Notes: generated by a model from the letters alone, not told the origin. DNA of 64,000 bases from Nitrosopumilus sp. (GCA_965218695.1 OZ244651.1:1472001-1536000), one strand, 5' to 3'; shown: positions 44,671-54,705, counted from the first letter of the stretch. Made by a program: numbers and translations.

Positions 44671-45441
44671 ATGGCCGTTTTAGAGATAAGAGATCTTCAT
44701 GTAAAGAGGGACGGAAAGGAGATTCTGAAGGGAGTCAACCTGAAGACACGTCCCGGAGAGGTACATGCCATAATGGGGCCAAACGGCTCAGGAAAGAGCA
44801 CGCTGGCATACACGCTGCTTGCGCATCCAAAATACGAGGTCACCAAGGGCGACATTCTGCTGGACGGGCAGAGCATTCTGGATATGACGGCAGACAAGAG
44901 GGCCAAAAAGGGACTCTTTTTAGGATTCCAGTATCCGACAGAGGTCTCGGGGGTAGGGTTCTCACACTTTTTGAGAACCGCGTACAACTCACTGAGCAAG
45001 GCGCTGGAGGGCGACGACAGGGAGGTCTTCATAACAGTCAGGGAGTTTCAAAGATACCTCAAGGAAAACATGGAGAAGGTGGGACTAAATGAGGAGTTTC
45101 TCTCAAGGTATCTCAACGAGGGATTTTCAGGCGGCGAGAAGAAACGTGCAGAGGTCCTGCAGATGGCAGTCCTAAAGCCAAAGATATCCCTGCTTGACGA
45201 GCCTGACTCGGGTCTTGATATTGACGCAGTCCAGGCAGTGGCAAAGGCAATCAGCCAGGTGTCCGGAAAGGATGCAACGATCATAGTCATCACACACTAT
45301 GCCAGGATTCTAAAGTTTCTTGACAAGCTGGACTATGTGCACGTGTTTGCAAACGGGCAGGTGCTCAAGACAGGCGATGCTTCCCTTGCCGACAAGCTTG
45401 AGATGGACGGCTACGACTGGGTCATAGAGCAGGCAGCATGA
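44671..45441 (+). CDS. sufC: Fe-S cluster assembly ATPase SufC
   Basis: MGPNGSGKST, FQYP, NEGFSGGEKKR, LDEPDSGLDID. Confidence 0.96.
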   Translation: MAVLEIRDLHVKRDGKEILKGVNLKTRPGEVHAIMGPNGSGKSTLAYTLLAHPKYEVTKGDILLDGQSILDMTADKRAKKGLFLGFQYPTEVSGVGFSHFLRTAYNSLSKALEGDDREVFITVREFQRYLKENMEKVGLNEEFLSRYLNEGFSGGEKKRAEVLQMAVLKPKISLLDEPDSGLDIDAVQAVAKAISQVSGKDATIIVITHYARILKFLDKLDYVHVFANGQVLKTGDASLADKLEMDGYDWVIEQAA

Positions 45442-45496
45442 GTAAACCTGCAGAGCCGGTTTTTGTTTAAATAGGGTCATTTAATCTGGTGAGTAC

Positions 45497-46168
45497 ATGT
45501 CAGGCCAAAGACAGTTCTATTTCAGCTTCTCATTCTTCAAGATCGACCCCAAGTGGAGGTGGATGGCGGACCTTGCCAAGGAGGAGTCTGCAAAGGAGGT
45601 ACAAGCCGTCCTGAGGAACTCCGGCATAAGATACAGGACGTACTCGAACCTGGGACTGAGGGACGATGTGGACATCCTGTTCTGGTTCATGGCAGAGTCA
45701 GTTGCAGAGATTCAGTCTGCCGTAGAGAGGCTGTACAAGACGGTGTTTGGAAAGTACATCATCCCGTCAAGAACGTACCTGTCATGTACCAGGCCTTCGA
45801 TCTACGCAAGCAGCGAGGCGGCGCACGGCTTTGTCGCGGGGGAAGAGGCAAGGAGCCACGTCATAGTGTACCCGTTTACCAAGACTAGGGAGTGGTACCT
45901 GCTGCCGCAGCAGAAGAGGCAGGAGATCATGGACGAGCACATCGCAGTGAGCAGAAGGTACCCGCAGGTGGTGCTGAACACGACGTACTCCTTTGGAATC
46001 CACGACGAGGACTTTATGCTGGCATTTGAGATGGACAACATCAGGGACTTTCAGGACTTGATCATGGAGCTGAGGGAGACGCAGGTCTCAAGGTACGTCC
46101 AAAACGACATCCCCATGATCGTGTGTGTCAAAAAGGAGATCGTGCCGCTGATCTCCAGTCTCGGATAG
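45497..46168 (+). CDS. chlorite dismutase / coproheme decarboxylase (ChdC-like) family protein
   Basis: YPFTK..EWY.L...RQEIMDEH, TTYSFGIHDEDF. Confidence 0.85.
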   Translation: MSGQRQFYFSFSFFKIDPKWRWMADLAKEESAKEVQAVLRNSGIRYRTYSNLGLRDDVDILFWFMAESVAEIQSAVERLYKTVFGKYIIPSRTYLSCTRPSIYASSEAAHGFVAGEEARSHVIVYPFTKTREWYLLPQQKRQEIMDEHIAVSRRYPQVVLNTTYSFGIHDEDFMLAFEMDNIRDFQDLIMELRETQVSRYVQNDIPMIVCVKKEIVPLISSLG

Positions 46169-46352
46169 GGCCGGAACAGATTCTGGGGCCAGACGGACAT
46201 GGCGTTGCAGTCCATCCCCGTCATGCGGATCAGGTACTCCGGATTCACGCACGGATCCCCAGGCAGGAAGAATTCCGGATAGACATAAATGAAGAGATCA
46301 ACGGTTCAAATGCAGCTTTGGCAGACATGATGCTATCAGGAGAGAGCGCGGC

Positions 46353-47351
46353 ATGAGGTACAACAGGCTCGGCAGGACCGATATCCGCGTATCGGAGGTA
46401 GGATTTGGCGCATGGGCCATTGCCCTTGACTGGTGGGGCAAAAAGATAGAAGAAGACGAGGCAGAAAGAATGCTCAAAAAGGCGTACGACGTCGGAATCA
46501 ACCTCTTTGAGACAGGGGACATGTATGGGAGCGGAAAGAGCGAGAGGATAATCGGCCGGGTCTTCAAGGACATGAGGGACGAGGTCGTGATATCTACAAA
46601 GTATGGCTACGACTTTGAGGGCGTAAAGCAGATAGGGCACAGCGAGCTTCCCCAAAAGTTTGACGAGGAATTTACCAGGAGGGCGCTGAGGGGCAGCCTC
46701 GAGAGGCTGCAGACGGATCATCTTGACATGTACGGGCTGCACAATCCAAAGATGAACCACATAAGGGACGATTCCATATTCGACGTGCTTGACGGTCTTG
46801 TTGCAGACGGAACCATCGGGACGTATCAGGCGGCCCTTGGCCCTGCAATCGGCTGGACGCAGGAGGGCATGGAGGCGATGGACAGGCCAAACCTCGGCGC
46901 GGTTCAGACAGTCTACAACATTCTTGAGCAGACGCCGGGAAACGAGCTGATGGAAAAGGCCGCAGAGAAGGATATCGGGATTCTGGTCAGGGTTCCGGAG
47001 GCATCGGGAATACTTACCGGCAAGGTAAATGCAGATACAAAGATTGACGAAAAGGATCACAGGTCAGTCAGGAAGGGGGAGTGGATCAAGGCATCGCTGG
47101 AGAAGGTTGAGCAGATCAGGCCGATTGCCAGAAGGAACGGACTGAGCGTAATGGAGCTTGCAATCAAGTTCATCATGACAAAGAAGGGATTCACGTCGGT
47201 GTTTCCAACCATGGTGAGCGAGGAGGAGGTCACCACATATGCGGCAATGGCAGACGGTCTGTACATACCGGAGCAGGACATGGCAGAGATTGACAGGATT
47301 TACAACACGTGGCCCCCGTACGATCTAAAGGCGACGCAGGCAGCAGTCTGA
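46353..47351 (+). CDS. aldo/keto reductase
   Basis: LGRTDIRVSEVGFG, ETGDMYG.G.SE, STKYG, SLERLQTDHLD, QTVYNIL. Confidence 0.93.
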   Translation: MRYNRLGRTDIRVSEVGFGAWAIALDWWGKKIEEDEAERMLKKAYDVGINLFETGDMYGSGKSERIIGRVFKDMRDEVVISTKYGYDFEGVKQIGHSELPQKFDEEFTRRALRGSLERLQTDHLDMYGLHNPKMNHIRDDSIFDVLDGLVADGTIGTYQAALGPAIGWTQEGMEAMDRPNLGAVQTVYNILEQTPGNELMEKAAEKDIGILVRVPEASGILTGKVNADTKIDEKDHRSVRKGEWIKASLEKVEQIRPIARRNGLSVMELAIKFIMTKKGFTSVFPTMVSEEEVTTYAAMADGLYIPEQDMAEIDRIYNTWPPYDLKATQAAV

Positions 47352-47441
47352 GTGGCAGGCTGCAAAGTGCCATGTGAATTATGCAGGGAGACAGCATTTG
47401 GACGGTAGCGGTGCCTGCGTCCGTGCTCAGTCAGATGGCAT

Positions 47442-48521
47442 CTATTGGGAGATGATGCCTGCAGGCTGCTGCTGCTGCTGCTGCTGCTGCGGCTCCAGAC
47501 AGAAGGACTCCTCAACAAAGTATTCAACGCGCGTCTTTTTGAATTCGCGCGAGCTGAACAGAATTCGGTAGTCATCCACGTGAATCTGCTTCTGGATCGT
47601 CCTTGCCATCTCGTTTGCCTCTTCATGAGTCTTGCAGTGGATCATTGAAAACACGTTGTATGGCCAGTCGGGATACGTGGGCCTCTGGTAGCAGTGGCTG
47701 ACCTGTGGAAATGCGCCAAGGTTCTCGCCCACGTCAGATATGCGGGATTCTGGAACCTTCCAGACTATCATCCCGTTTGCGGTAAATCCGATCTGCCTGT
47801 GCCTGAGGATTGCGGCAAACCTGCGCATGACGCCTATGCCCTCATAGTATCGCATTCTCTCGAACAGCTCATCCTCGGTGATCCCAAGGATCTCAGCAGA
47901 CTTTACAAACGGCTCGTCAATTATATCCATGTCATTTTGCATCTCGCGCACAAAATTCTTGTCCTCCTCGGTGGGCTCAAACGGTACGTCCCTTACCTCC
48001 TTTTTGCCTTCGCTGGGGGCCACCTTGTGTTTCTTTTCATCGACCATGTCCAGCTTGACTCCAATCTTGAACAGCTTCAGCGTCGGAAGCATTCTTACCT
48101 TTTTTATCCCCTCCAGTACGCTGAATTTTTCAACCTCGGACTTTAGGTCAGAGCCCGGAGGGACTGCAAGCGTAAACCACAGGTTGAACTGATGGTCCCG
48201 CTCATAGTTGTGGCTCACGCCAGGATGCGTGTTGATCATGGACGCGACATGCTCCAGCCGGTCAGGATCGATCTCCATTGCGACTAGCGAACTGGTGTAT
48301 CCCAGCTTCCTTGTGTCAAAGATGGCACTAAGCTGGCGCAGTACGCCGGCCTGCTTGAGACGTATGAGCCGCTCCTTAACGTTTTTGGGGGTCGTGTCAA
48401 ACTTGCGGGCAATTGCATCAAACGGCCTGGTAACAAGGGGGAATGTCCATTGAATCTCGTTGAGCAGTTCCCGGTCAAGGTCGTCCATGGATGTCATCAA
48501 GTCAGTGACATGGATGTTCAA
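47442..48521 (-). CDS. fused siroheme decarboxylase AhbAB (Lrp/AsnC-like) with C-terminal polyQ
   Basis: Two halves: FPLVTRPF..VSHNYER..FNLWFT and VSHCYQRP..WPYNVFSMIH; next to sirC/hemA/hemB; start may be 48497. Confidence 0.9.
   Translation of the reverse strand: MNIHVTDLMTSMDDLDRELLNEIQWTFPLVTRPFDAIARKFDTTPKNVKERLIRLKQAGVLRQLSAIFDTRKLGYTSSLVAMEIDPDRLEHVASMINTHPGVSHNYERDHQFNLWFTLAVPPGSDLKSEVEKFSVLEGIKKVRMLPTLKLFKIGVKLDMVDEKKHKVAPSEGKKEVRDVPFEPTEEDKNFVREMQNDMDIIDEPFVKSAEILGITEDELFERMRYYEGIGVMRRFAAILRHRQIGFTANGMIVWKVPESRISDVGENLGAFPQVSHCYQRPTYPDWPYNVFSMIHCKTHEEANEMARTIQKQIHVDDYRILFSSREFKKTRVEYFVEESFCLEPQQQQQQQQPAGIISQ
47466..47489 (-). repeat. (CAG)8 trinucleotide repeat encoding polyQ
   Basis: CTG x8 on the plus strand, giving PQQQQQQQQP. 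Confidence 0.9.
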
Positions 48522-48619
48522 TTAAAAATGTAGCTGGGGCCTGGAAACCGTTTTTTGTGCGCCACGCCGGAGCGTGCGCCGGTCCAATGTATAAATAGAA
48601 ATCCAAGCCTTGTTGATCG

Positions 48620-49282
48620 ATGATAGTGGATCTTGATCTGCGCGGCAGAACGGTCCTTGTAGTCGGCGGCGGAAGGCAGGCGCAGAAGAGGCTTGGGCAT
48701 CTTCTTGGCGAGGAATGCAACATCATACTGGTCAGCGCGGATGTCACCTCCCAGATAGGCAGGTGGGGGGAGTCAAAAGAGATCACGATCAAAAAACAGC
48801 AGATCACGGATACAGGGTTCATCTCAGATATAAGGCCGGACGTCATAATCACTACCACGGACAGCACGGAGACAAACCAGATGATCATCAGATATGCCAA
48901 AAGGAACGGGATCACCGCATACAGTTCCGACAATCCAGAGGAGAGCGACTTTGCAAATCCGGCCATAATCGACTTTGAGGGGGCAGTCCAGGTCGCCATA
49001 TTCACAGGAGGCCAGAGTCCGGCAATGTCAAAGAGGATCAGGGAAAGGCTCGAGGGGGCACTCGGGGGAATAATCAAAAAGGAGGATGTCGCGCAGATAA
49101 GGCTCCAAAAGACCATGAGGGCAATGGCCAAGGACGCAATACCTGACCAGGCCCGGAGAAGGGAGCGCCTGAAGGAGATCATGGACGATGATGCCATTGG
49201 GCAGTTGATAAAAGACGGCCGAATCAAGAGGGCCGAAGAGAGGGCAGCAGCGATGCTCGGGGGCGGGGGCGGCCTGAAATGA
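48620..49282 (+). CDS. sirC: precorrin-2 dehydrogenase (SirC/Met8, CysG N-terminal type)
   Basis: VLVVGGG..A.KR, DNPEESDFANPA, AIFTGGQSP. Confidence 0.9.
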   Translation: MIVDLDLRGRTVLVVGGGRQAQKRLGHLLGEECNIILVSADVTSQIGRWGESKEITIKKQQITDTGFISDIRPDVIITTTDSTETNQMIIRYAKRNGITAYSSDNPEESDFANPAIIDFEGAVQVAIFTGGQSPAMSKRIRERLEGALGGIIKKEDVAQIRLQKTMRAMAKDAIPDQARRRERLKEIMDDDAIGQLIKDGRIKRAEERAAAMLGGGGGLK

Positions 49283-50547
49283 GCCAAAACATAATCAATG
49301 CACGGGTAACCTTTCACAACTCCCCAATCCACATTCTTGAGCAGTTTACAATCACCGACATTGAAGATGCGTATAAGCAGTTCAGGGCACGCTCGGGACT
49401 AGAAGAGTGCGTAATCATTCAGACATGCAACAGGATAGAGCTGTTTGCAAAGTCAGGATCATGCGATCCTGAGGCCATCAAGAACACGTGGGCCACGCTT
49501 GCAGGACTGGAAAGGGAGATCTTCGAGAAGAACATGGAGTGTGTTGAGAATCAGGAGGCCATCCACCACCTGCTAAAGCTGACATCCGGACTCGACTCCA
49601 TGGTGCTAGGCGAGGAGCAGATACTGGGACAGGTAAAGAATGCAATCACCACTGCAAGAGAGATGAGGGCATCGGGCCAGCACCTCAACACCCTGTTTGA
49701 CAAGGCAATCAGAATCGGCACCAGGATCAGAAACTCCAGCGGAATCGGAAAGGGCGGCATCTCGGTGGGCTCCATGGCAGTAAGGCTTGCAGAGGAGAAC
49801 ATTGACGAGATGAAGACCAAGAGGATCCTGCTCATAGGGACAGGCGAGGTGTCCACGCTTGTCGCAAAGTCGCTGAACAGGCGCGGGTACGCCTTTGACG
49901 TCACAAGCAGGACCGTCAAGAGATCCGAGACATTCTGCAAGACGATGGGCGGGGCGCCTGCAAGGTTCGAGGACGTGCTCTCGGGATTTGACAAGTATGA
50001 CGTGCTGTTTGTTGCAACAACTGCACCGTACCTTCTGGTGACGCACCAGAGAATCGCACAGGCAATGGCAGATGGCAACGGGGGAATGATGATCCTGGAC
50101 CTGTCAAACCCCAGGACAGTCGACGAGAAGGTGGCCACCATACGGGGCGTGAAACTTATGAACCTGGATCAGATTGCAGAGATGATCGAAAAGAACCTAA
50201 ATGCAAGGACGAACAAGGCAAAGGCAGTCGAGGACATAATCAGCGGCGAGGTGCCCGTGCTGGAGGCCAGCATGAAGCGGCTGGAGGCAGAGCCACTGGT
50301 AAAGGACGTCTTCAAGAGCATAGACGGGCTGAGGGAGAAGGAGCTCCAAAAGGCACTCCAGATCCTCAATGAGAAGGACGAGGACAAGATAAGAATAATC
50401 GATGACCTCACGAGATCCATAGTGGAAAGCATAGTCTCTACCCCGATGAACAACATCAGAAGGGCCTCAGAGCAGGGCAGGTTAGAGATGGTAAGGGTGG
50501 CAGGCAGGCTGTTTGATTACAAGACCGGAGAACAGCAGTCCGATTAG
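49279..50547 (+). CDS. hemA: glutamyl-tRNA reductase
   Basis: QTCNRIE, SGLDSMVLGEEQILGQV, IGTGE, DLSNPR. Confidence 0.96.
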   Translation: MSQNIINARVTFHNSPIHILEQFTITDIEDAYKQFRARSGLEECVIIQTCNRIELFAKSGSCDPEAIKNTWATLAGLEREIFEKNMECVENQEAIHHLLKLTSGLDSMVLGEEQILGQVKNAITTAREMRASGQHLNTLFDKAIRIGTRIRNSSGIGKGGISVGSMAVRLAEENIDEMKTKRILLIGTGEVSTLVAKSLNRRGYAFDVTSRTVKRSETFCKTMGGAPARFEDVLSGFDKYDVLFVATTAPYLLVTHQRIAQAMADGNGGMMILDLSNPRTVDEKVATIRGVKLMNLDQIAEMIEKNLNARTNKAKAVEDIISGEVPVLEASMKRLEAEPLVKDVFKSIDGLREKELQKALQILNEKDEDKIRIIDDLTRSIVESIVSTPMNNIRRASEQGRLEMVRVAGRLFDYKTGEQQSD

Positions 50548-50578
50548 GATTTATATCTTGGCGAAGGGTGATTCCGGC

Positions 50579-51559
50579 ATGTCATTTCCCGTCAGACGCC
50601 TCCGCCGGCTGCGTACATCCGAAAGGATGAGGGAGCTGGTTCGACAGACCACACTCTCTCCGAGGAACCTGATCTGTCCTGTATTTGTTCAGGAGGATCT
50701 AAAGGCCAGAACCAGCATAAAGTCCATGCCGGACATGCAGAGGCTTCCCCTAGACGAGGTAAGCGACGAGGTTGGCATCATCAGGGATCTGGGAATTCCC
50801 GCAATCATGCTCTTCGGGGTGCCGAAACAAAAAGACGGTGCAGGTTCGTCTGCCTTTGACGATGACGGGATCGTCCAAAGGGCGATATCCCGGATCAGGG
50901 AGAACTTTGGAGATAAAATGGTCATAATGACAGACGTATGCCTCTGCCAGTTTACATCCACAGGACACTGCGGGATAATACGGGAAAACAAGATAGACAA
51001 CGATTCAAGCATCGATACCCTTGCAAGAATAGCCGTCAGCCATGGCACGGCAGGGGCAGATACGGTCTCGCCTTCTGCCATGATGGACGGGCAGGTTGCC
51101 GCAATAAGAGCGGCCCTTGAGGACGTGGGACTCAGGAATGTCTCAATAATGTCACATGCAGCCAAGCACCGTTCAAACTTTTATTCGCCGTTCAGAGAGG
51201 CTGCAGAATGCGCGCCAAAATTCGGGGACAGGAGAACGTACCAGGTGCCATACACCAACGCCAGGGAGGCAATGATGGAGGTTGAATCAGACATAGACGA
51301 GGGGGCAGACATTGTAATGATAAAACCGGCGATGGCCTATCTGGATCTGATTGCAGAGACTAGAAGAAGGTTTGATGTTCCGGTATCGGCATACAGCGTC
51401 TCAGGCGAGTATGCGATGGTCAAGGCCGCATCACACATGGGATACATGGATGAGAAGAGCATTACAGAGGAGATCCTGTACTCGATAAGAAGGGCGGGTG
51501 CAGACATGATAGTAACATACTTTGCAAAGTCGGCTGCATCATTCCTTCAGGAATCATGA
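50579..51559 (+). CDS. hemB: porphobilinogen synthase
   Basis: RLRRLR, DVCLCQFTSTGHCG, SPSAMMDG, MIKPAMAYLD, AYSVSGEY. Confidence 0.97.
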   Translation: MSFPVRRLRRLRTSERMRELVRQTTLSPRNLICPVFVQEDLKARTSIKSMPDMQRLPLDEVSDEVGIIRDLGIPAIMLFGVPKQKDGAGSSAFDDDGIVQRAISRIRENFGDKMVIMTDVCLCQFTSTGHCGIIRENKIDNDSSIDTLARIAVSHGTAGADTVSPSAMMDGQVAAIRAALEDVGLRNVSIMSHAAKHRSNFYSPFREAAECAPKFGDRRTYQVPYTNAREAMMEVESDIDEGADIVMIKPAMAYLDLIAETRRRFDVPVSAYSVSGEYAMVKAASHMGYMDEKSITEEILYSIRRAGADMIVTYFAKSAASFLQES

Positions 51560-51870
51560 GAAACGACGAACGCTTTGAGATAGAACGGGCCTTTGACATC
51601 CTGCCGCACGCGGTAGGCTCAAGCTGGGCTGTAATATGGTTCAGAATGAAGGGGATCAAAAGGCCCACAAGGGAGGAGTACAGGGAGAGAACCGTCGGTT
51701 ATTTAAAAAAAATGGAGCCTGTCTTTGAGGCATACCCAGATGATGAGAAGGGGTTTGGCGACATACTCAGGTACATCAGGTTCAGAAAGAAGGCAGAATA
51801 CGACAAAATAATGGAGGGCAAAAACAAGGAGGTTGAAAAGAGATACGACAGGTATGTCGACTATGGGTGA
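51556..51870 (+). CDS. conserved hypothetical protein
   Basis: 104-aa ORF with ATGA overlap with hemB. Confidence 0.78.
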   Translation: MRNDERFEIERAFDILPHAVGSSWAVIWFRMKGIKRPTREEYRERTVGYLKKMEPVFEAYPDDEKGFGDILRYIRFRKKAEYDKIMEGKNKEVEKRYDRYVDYG

Positions 51871-52490
51871 ATCTCCCCATCCAGATGTCCAAGATACTCC
51901 CGGAGCAGCCTGGTTCTCTTTTGGGCCTCTGTTCGGCCGGACTCGGTGTTCATCATGGACTCCAGTTTGAGCAGTTTTTGAAAAAAGTGATCAACTGTCC
52001 ATGCCGCATCATCCGGGGAGCGCTCCCTGCAGAAGGGATCGTCAGGATTATACAGTGTTCTTCCAAGCGCGCCCCCGGTGGAGAAGACCCTGGCAATTCC
52101 GATGGCCCCGAGCGCGTCCAGTCTGTCTGCATCCTGGAGTATCATTGCCTCAGGGGTCCGGGGGGACGCACCCCGCGAAAAGCTGTGATCATGGACTGCC
52201 TCTGAGACTGCCTTGGCATCATCAACAGAAAAGCCGTGTCGCAGCAGCAGCGCCGCAGACACCCGGGCGCTCTCCAGTGAGGAGGACTCTGAACGCCTGT
52301 CAGACTTGGGGTACGAGACCACGTCGTGCAACAGCGCAGCACACAGCACCAACCGGTCATCGGCACCCTCCATCCTGCAGATCATGCGGGCATTCCTGCA
52401 GACCCTCATGACATGCTCAAAATCGTGTGCCGGATCATGCCCGGCCATCATCCCCCTTACCTCGTCGATCATCTTCCCGGGAATACGCAT
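51861..52490 (-). CDS. HD-domain phosphohydrolase
   Basis: HDFEHVMRV, ALLHD, QDADRLDALGAIGIAR. Confidence 0.93.
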   Translation of the reverse strand: MRIPGKMIDEVRGMMAGHDPAHDFEHVMRVCRNARMICRMEGADDRLVLCAALLHDVVSYPKSDRRSESSSLESARVSAALLLRHGFSVDDAKAVSEAVHDHSFSRGASPRTPEAMILQDADRLDALGAIGIARVFSTGGALGRTLYNPDDPFCRERSPDDAAWTVDHFFQKLLKLESMMNTESGRTEAQKRTRLLREYLGHLDGEIHP

Positions 52491-53111
52491 TTAGAACCTC
52501 CAGATTCGGGGCTTGACAAATTTTAGTCGCCTCTGGGTCAGCAGGACGGTCCAGTTTATCGAGGCAAACAGTACGATCATGCAGACTCCGACCCCGTCGA
52601 TCAGCAGTATTCCGACAAGCCTGTCCTCAAATATCTCCAGAAACGGTTTCAGGACGGCGTTTCCAAAGTATATCATTACGATGTAGGACAGCGTGCGTCC
52701 AAACCAGAACCCTATGTATATCCCCACGTTCCGTGCGCGCATCAGGCCGTATGTAATGAACAGCATGTTGCTTGGGAGCGGGGTTGCGCCAAACAGAAAG
52801 GATGCAGTCAGGTAGCCGAACCTTTTCGATTTGAGGGCCCCTCCGATGACATCAAGGTTGGTCCTTTGTTCCCGGCCTACGAACCTTCTGAAGAGACCGC
52901 TGAGCCTCATCAGGGCCAGCCGGCCTATCGTGGCACCTGTCGCACCCACCATGGCAAGAACCACAACATTCAGACTCGGGTCAAGAAGGTAAAAGGACGT
53001 CAGCACTATCCAGGTGGGAGGCATCAGAATTGGCGAGACGTTGACTCCGATCAGGACCAGAAATATGCCAAGATATGAAAATTCCCCAAAGAACTCAAAG
53101 ATGTCAGTCAT
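52491..53111 (-). CDS. DedA/VTT-like membrane protein
   Basis: Multiple TM segments; PILMPP, GATIG, ATPLPS motifs. Confidence 0.8.
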   Translation of the reverse strand: MTDIFEFFGEFSYLGIFLVLIGVNVSPILMPPTWIVLTSFYLLDPSLNVVVLAMVGATGATIGRLALMRLSGLFRRFVGREQRTNLDVIGGALKSKRFGYLTASFLFGATPLPSNMLFITYGLMRARNVGIYIGFWFGRTLSYIVMIYFGNAVLKPFLEIFEDRLVGILLIDGVGVCMIVLFASINWTVLLTQRRLKFVKPRIWRF

Positions 53112-53289
53112 CTGTTTTTATGTGTGACTTTTTGTTTCTAAACCCTTGGTTTGCATCCAATATGAAAAACCCATTATACTGCCTAAAAACTAGAAAAATT
53201 GCATTTTACGATCGGCGACGGATCGCGTATTGGCGCAAATGGATCAATTGTACATCAGATTTATAAGAACTCACATGTATTTCCAAAAC

Positions 53290-53412
53290 ATGTCTGAGAT
53301 TGTCTGGAAATGTTTTAGGTGCGGTCTGACGTTCAGGGCCGAGGATCTTGCCCAGGTGCACGAAAGAATCTCCAGACACCACATAACCAAGATAAAGGGG
53401 CTTGTTGCCTGA
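53290..53412 (+). CDS. small C2H2-type zinc-finger protein
   Basis: MSEIVWKCFRCGLTF...AQVHERISRH. Confidence 0.7.
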   Translation: MSEIVWKCFRCGLTFRAEDLAQVHERISRHHITKIKGLVA

Positions 53413-53431
53413 ACACGGTTCTGTGTAAAGG

Positions 53432-53530
53432 TGCAGAGAGTGGGATTTGAACCCACGAACTCCTGAGAGAAGGGATTTCCTATTGAAGATCTTGAGTCCC
53501 TCTCGGTTGACCGGGCTTCGATATCTCTGC
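53432..53530 (-). tRNA. tRNA-Leu(CAA) with 14-nt intron (about 53477-53490)
   Basis: Acceptor GCAGAGA/TCTCTGC, anticodon arm AGGGA-CTCAAG[14 nt]A-TCCCT, long variable arm, GTGGG-TTCAAAT-CCCAC; 85 nt after intron removal. Confidence 0.9.
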
Positions 53531-53733
53531 AAGAAAGATGGGGTGCAGCCGGTATTTTTTAATTGCTATTAAGGGTTGGAACCAAACGGCCAAGACGAGG
53601 ATTCATGCCCGGGCAGGAAGTGGCCTGCCATGTCTTGCGGTACAGGTATCCAAACTTGCTGGTGCTGTGTGTTGGCAATGCGTCCAACTGATGCCTCACA
53701 AAAGCTTATAATCGTATGAATAACACCCGATAC

Positions 53734-54048
53734 ATGACAGAATTCACACCGATTTCACAAGTAAAAAAGATGCGAAACGGAATCAATGCCAAAGCCACGG
53801 TGAAAAGCAAGGGAGACGCAAGGACGGTAAACCTTAGAGCCGGAGGGACAGTTGATGTCTGCGATGCGATAATATCTGACGGCGAGGGTGAAGACAACCA
53901 GATGAAACTCACGTTGTGGGGCGACGACATCAAGGCGGTAAATGTCGGCGATACCGTTGTCATTACAAACGGGTATACCAACGAGTTCAGAGGAGACGTT
54001 TCCCTGACAAAAGGAAAGTTCGGTCAGATGGATGTTAATCCTCAATAG
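53734..54048 (+). CDS. ssb: single OB-fold ssDNA-binding protein (SSB/RPA)
   Basis: LTLWGDD, VGDTVVITNGY.NEFRG..SL..GKFG. Confidence 0.9.
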   Translation: MTEFTPISQVKKMRNGINAKATVKSKGDARTVNLRAGGTVDVCDAIISDGEGEDNQMKLTLWGDDIKAVNVGDTVVITNGYTNEFRGDVSLTKGKFGQMDVNPQ

Positions 54049-54644
54049 TTTTTATTAGTACCTTGATTATTTTTCCAATCAACCAGTGTTATGACTACCC
54101 CGGCCACCGAGACAATCAGGCCCAGTATCAACAGGATTCCGGCATAGGCGATGGGCAGCAGAACTGTTGTTAGCGGGGAGTCAGGGTCGGAGAATGTGGA
54201 ATTTTCAGGATCCTCAGAAAACATTGCCATAACATGCACGCCCCTATCCCCAAGATTCTGGATCTCAAAGTTGAGGGTGTCGGACTGTTCGATTGCCAGC
54301 GCCTCAAACAGGACAAACTCGTTTTGGGCAAATGTGCCATAGTCATCACCAAAGATGTTGGAGACTTTAATCGACAGCCGGTCACCGGGTTGATAATCGG
54401 TTATCTGTATTCCCCACAGTAAAATCACATCAGAGGAACGCATGCTGTATGACGTATGAGCCAAATCGCCCGGATTAATCTGAATCTCGTCAGAAACCTT
54501 GTCAAATATGTCCTCATACATCAGTGAAATTGGTTGGACGCCGGGTCCGGTTATGACTGAAGACGTGATGGACATGAGAGCAAGAAGGGTGATTCCGATT
54601 ACGGCCAGACCGGCTGCAAGTATTATCGGACCTCGTCTTCGCAT
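54042..54644 (-). CDS. membrane protein (N- and C-terminal TM)
   Basis: Two hydrophobic anchors around an acidic beta-rich domain. Confidence 0.78.
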   Translation of the reverse strand: MRRRGPIILAAGLAVIGITLLALMSITSSVITGPGVQPISLMYEDIFDKVSDEIQINPGDLAHTSYSMRSSDVILLWGIQITDYQPGDRLSIKVSNIFGDDYGTFAQNEFVLFEALAIEQSDTLNFEIQNLGDRGVHVMAMFSEDPENSTFSDPDSPLTTVLLPIAYAGILLILGLIVSVAGVVITLVDWKNNQGTNKNY

Positions 54645-54705
54645 TACAAAGCAGACATGACCGACCCACATTAATGTTATAGATGCTCAACAGGCACAGA
54701 CATGG

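Noticed and set aside
44671-45441. sufC without adjacent sufB/sufD as a novel arrangement
   Set aside because: Split suf loci are common in archaea and the partners may lie outside the window.
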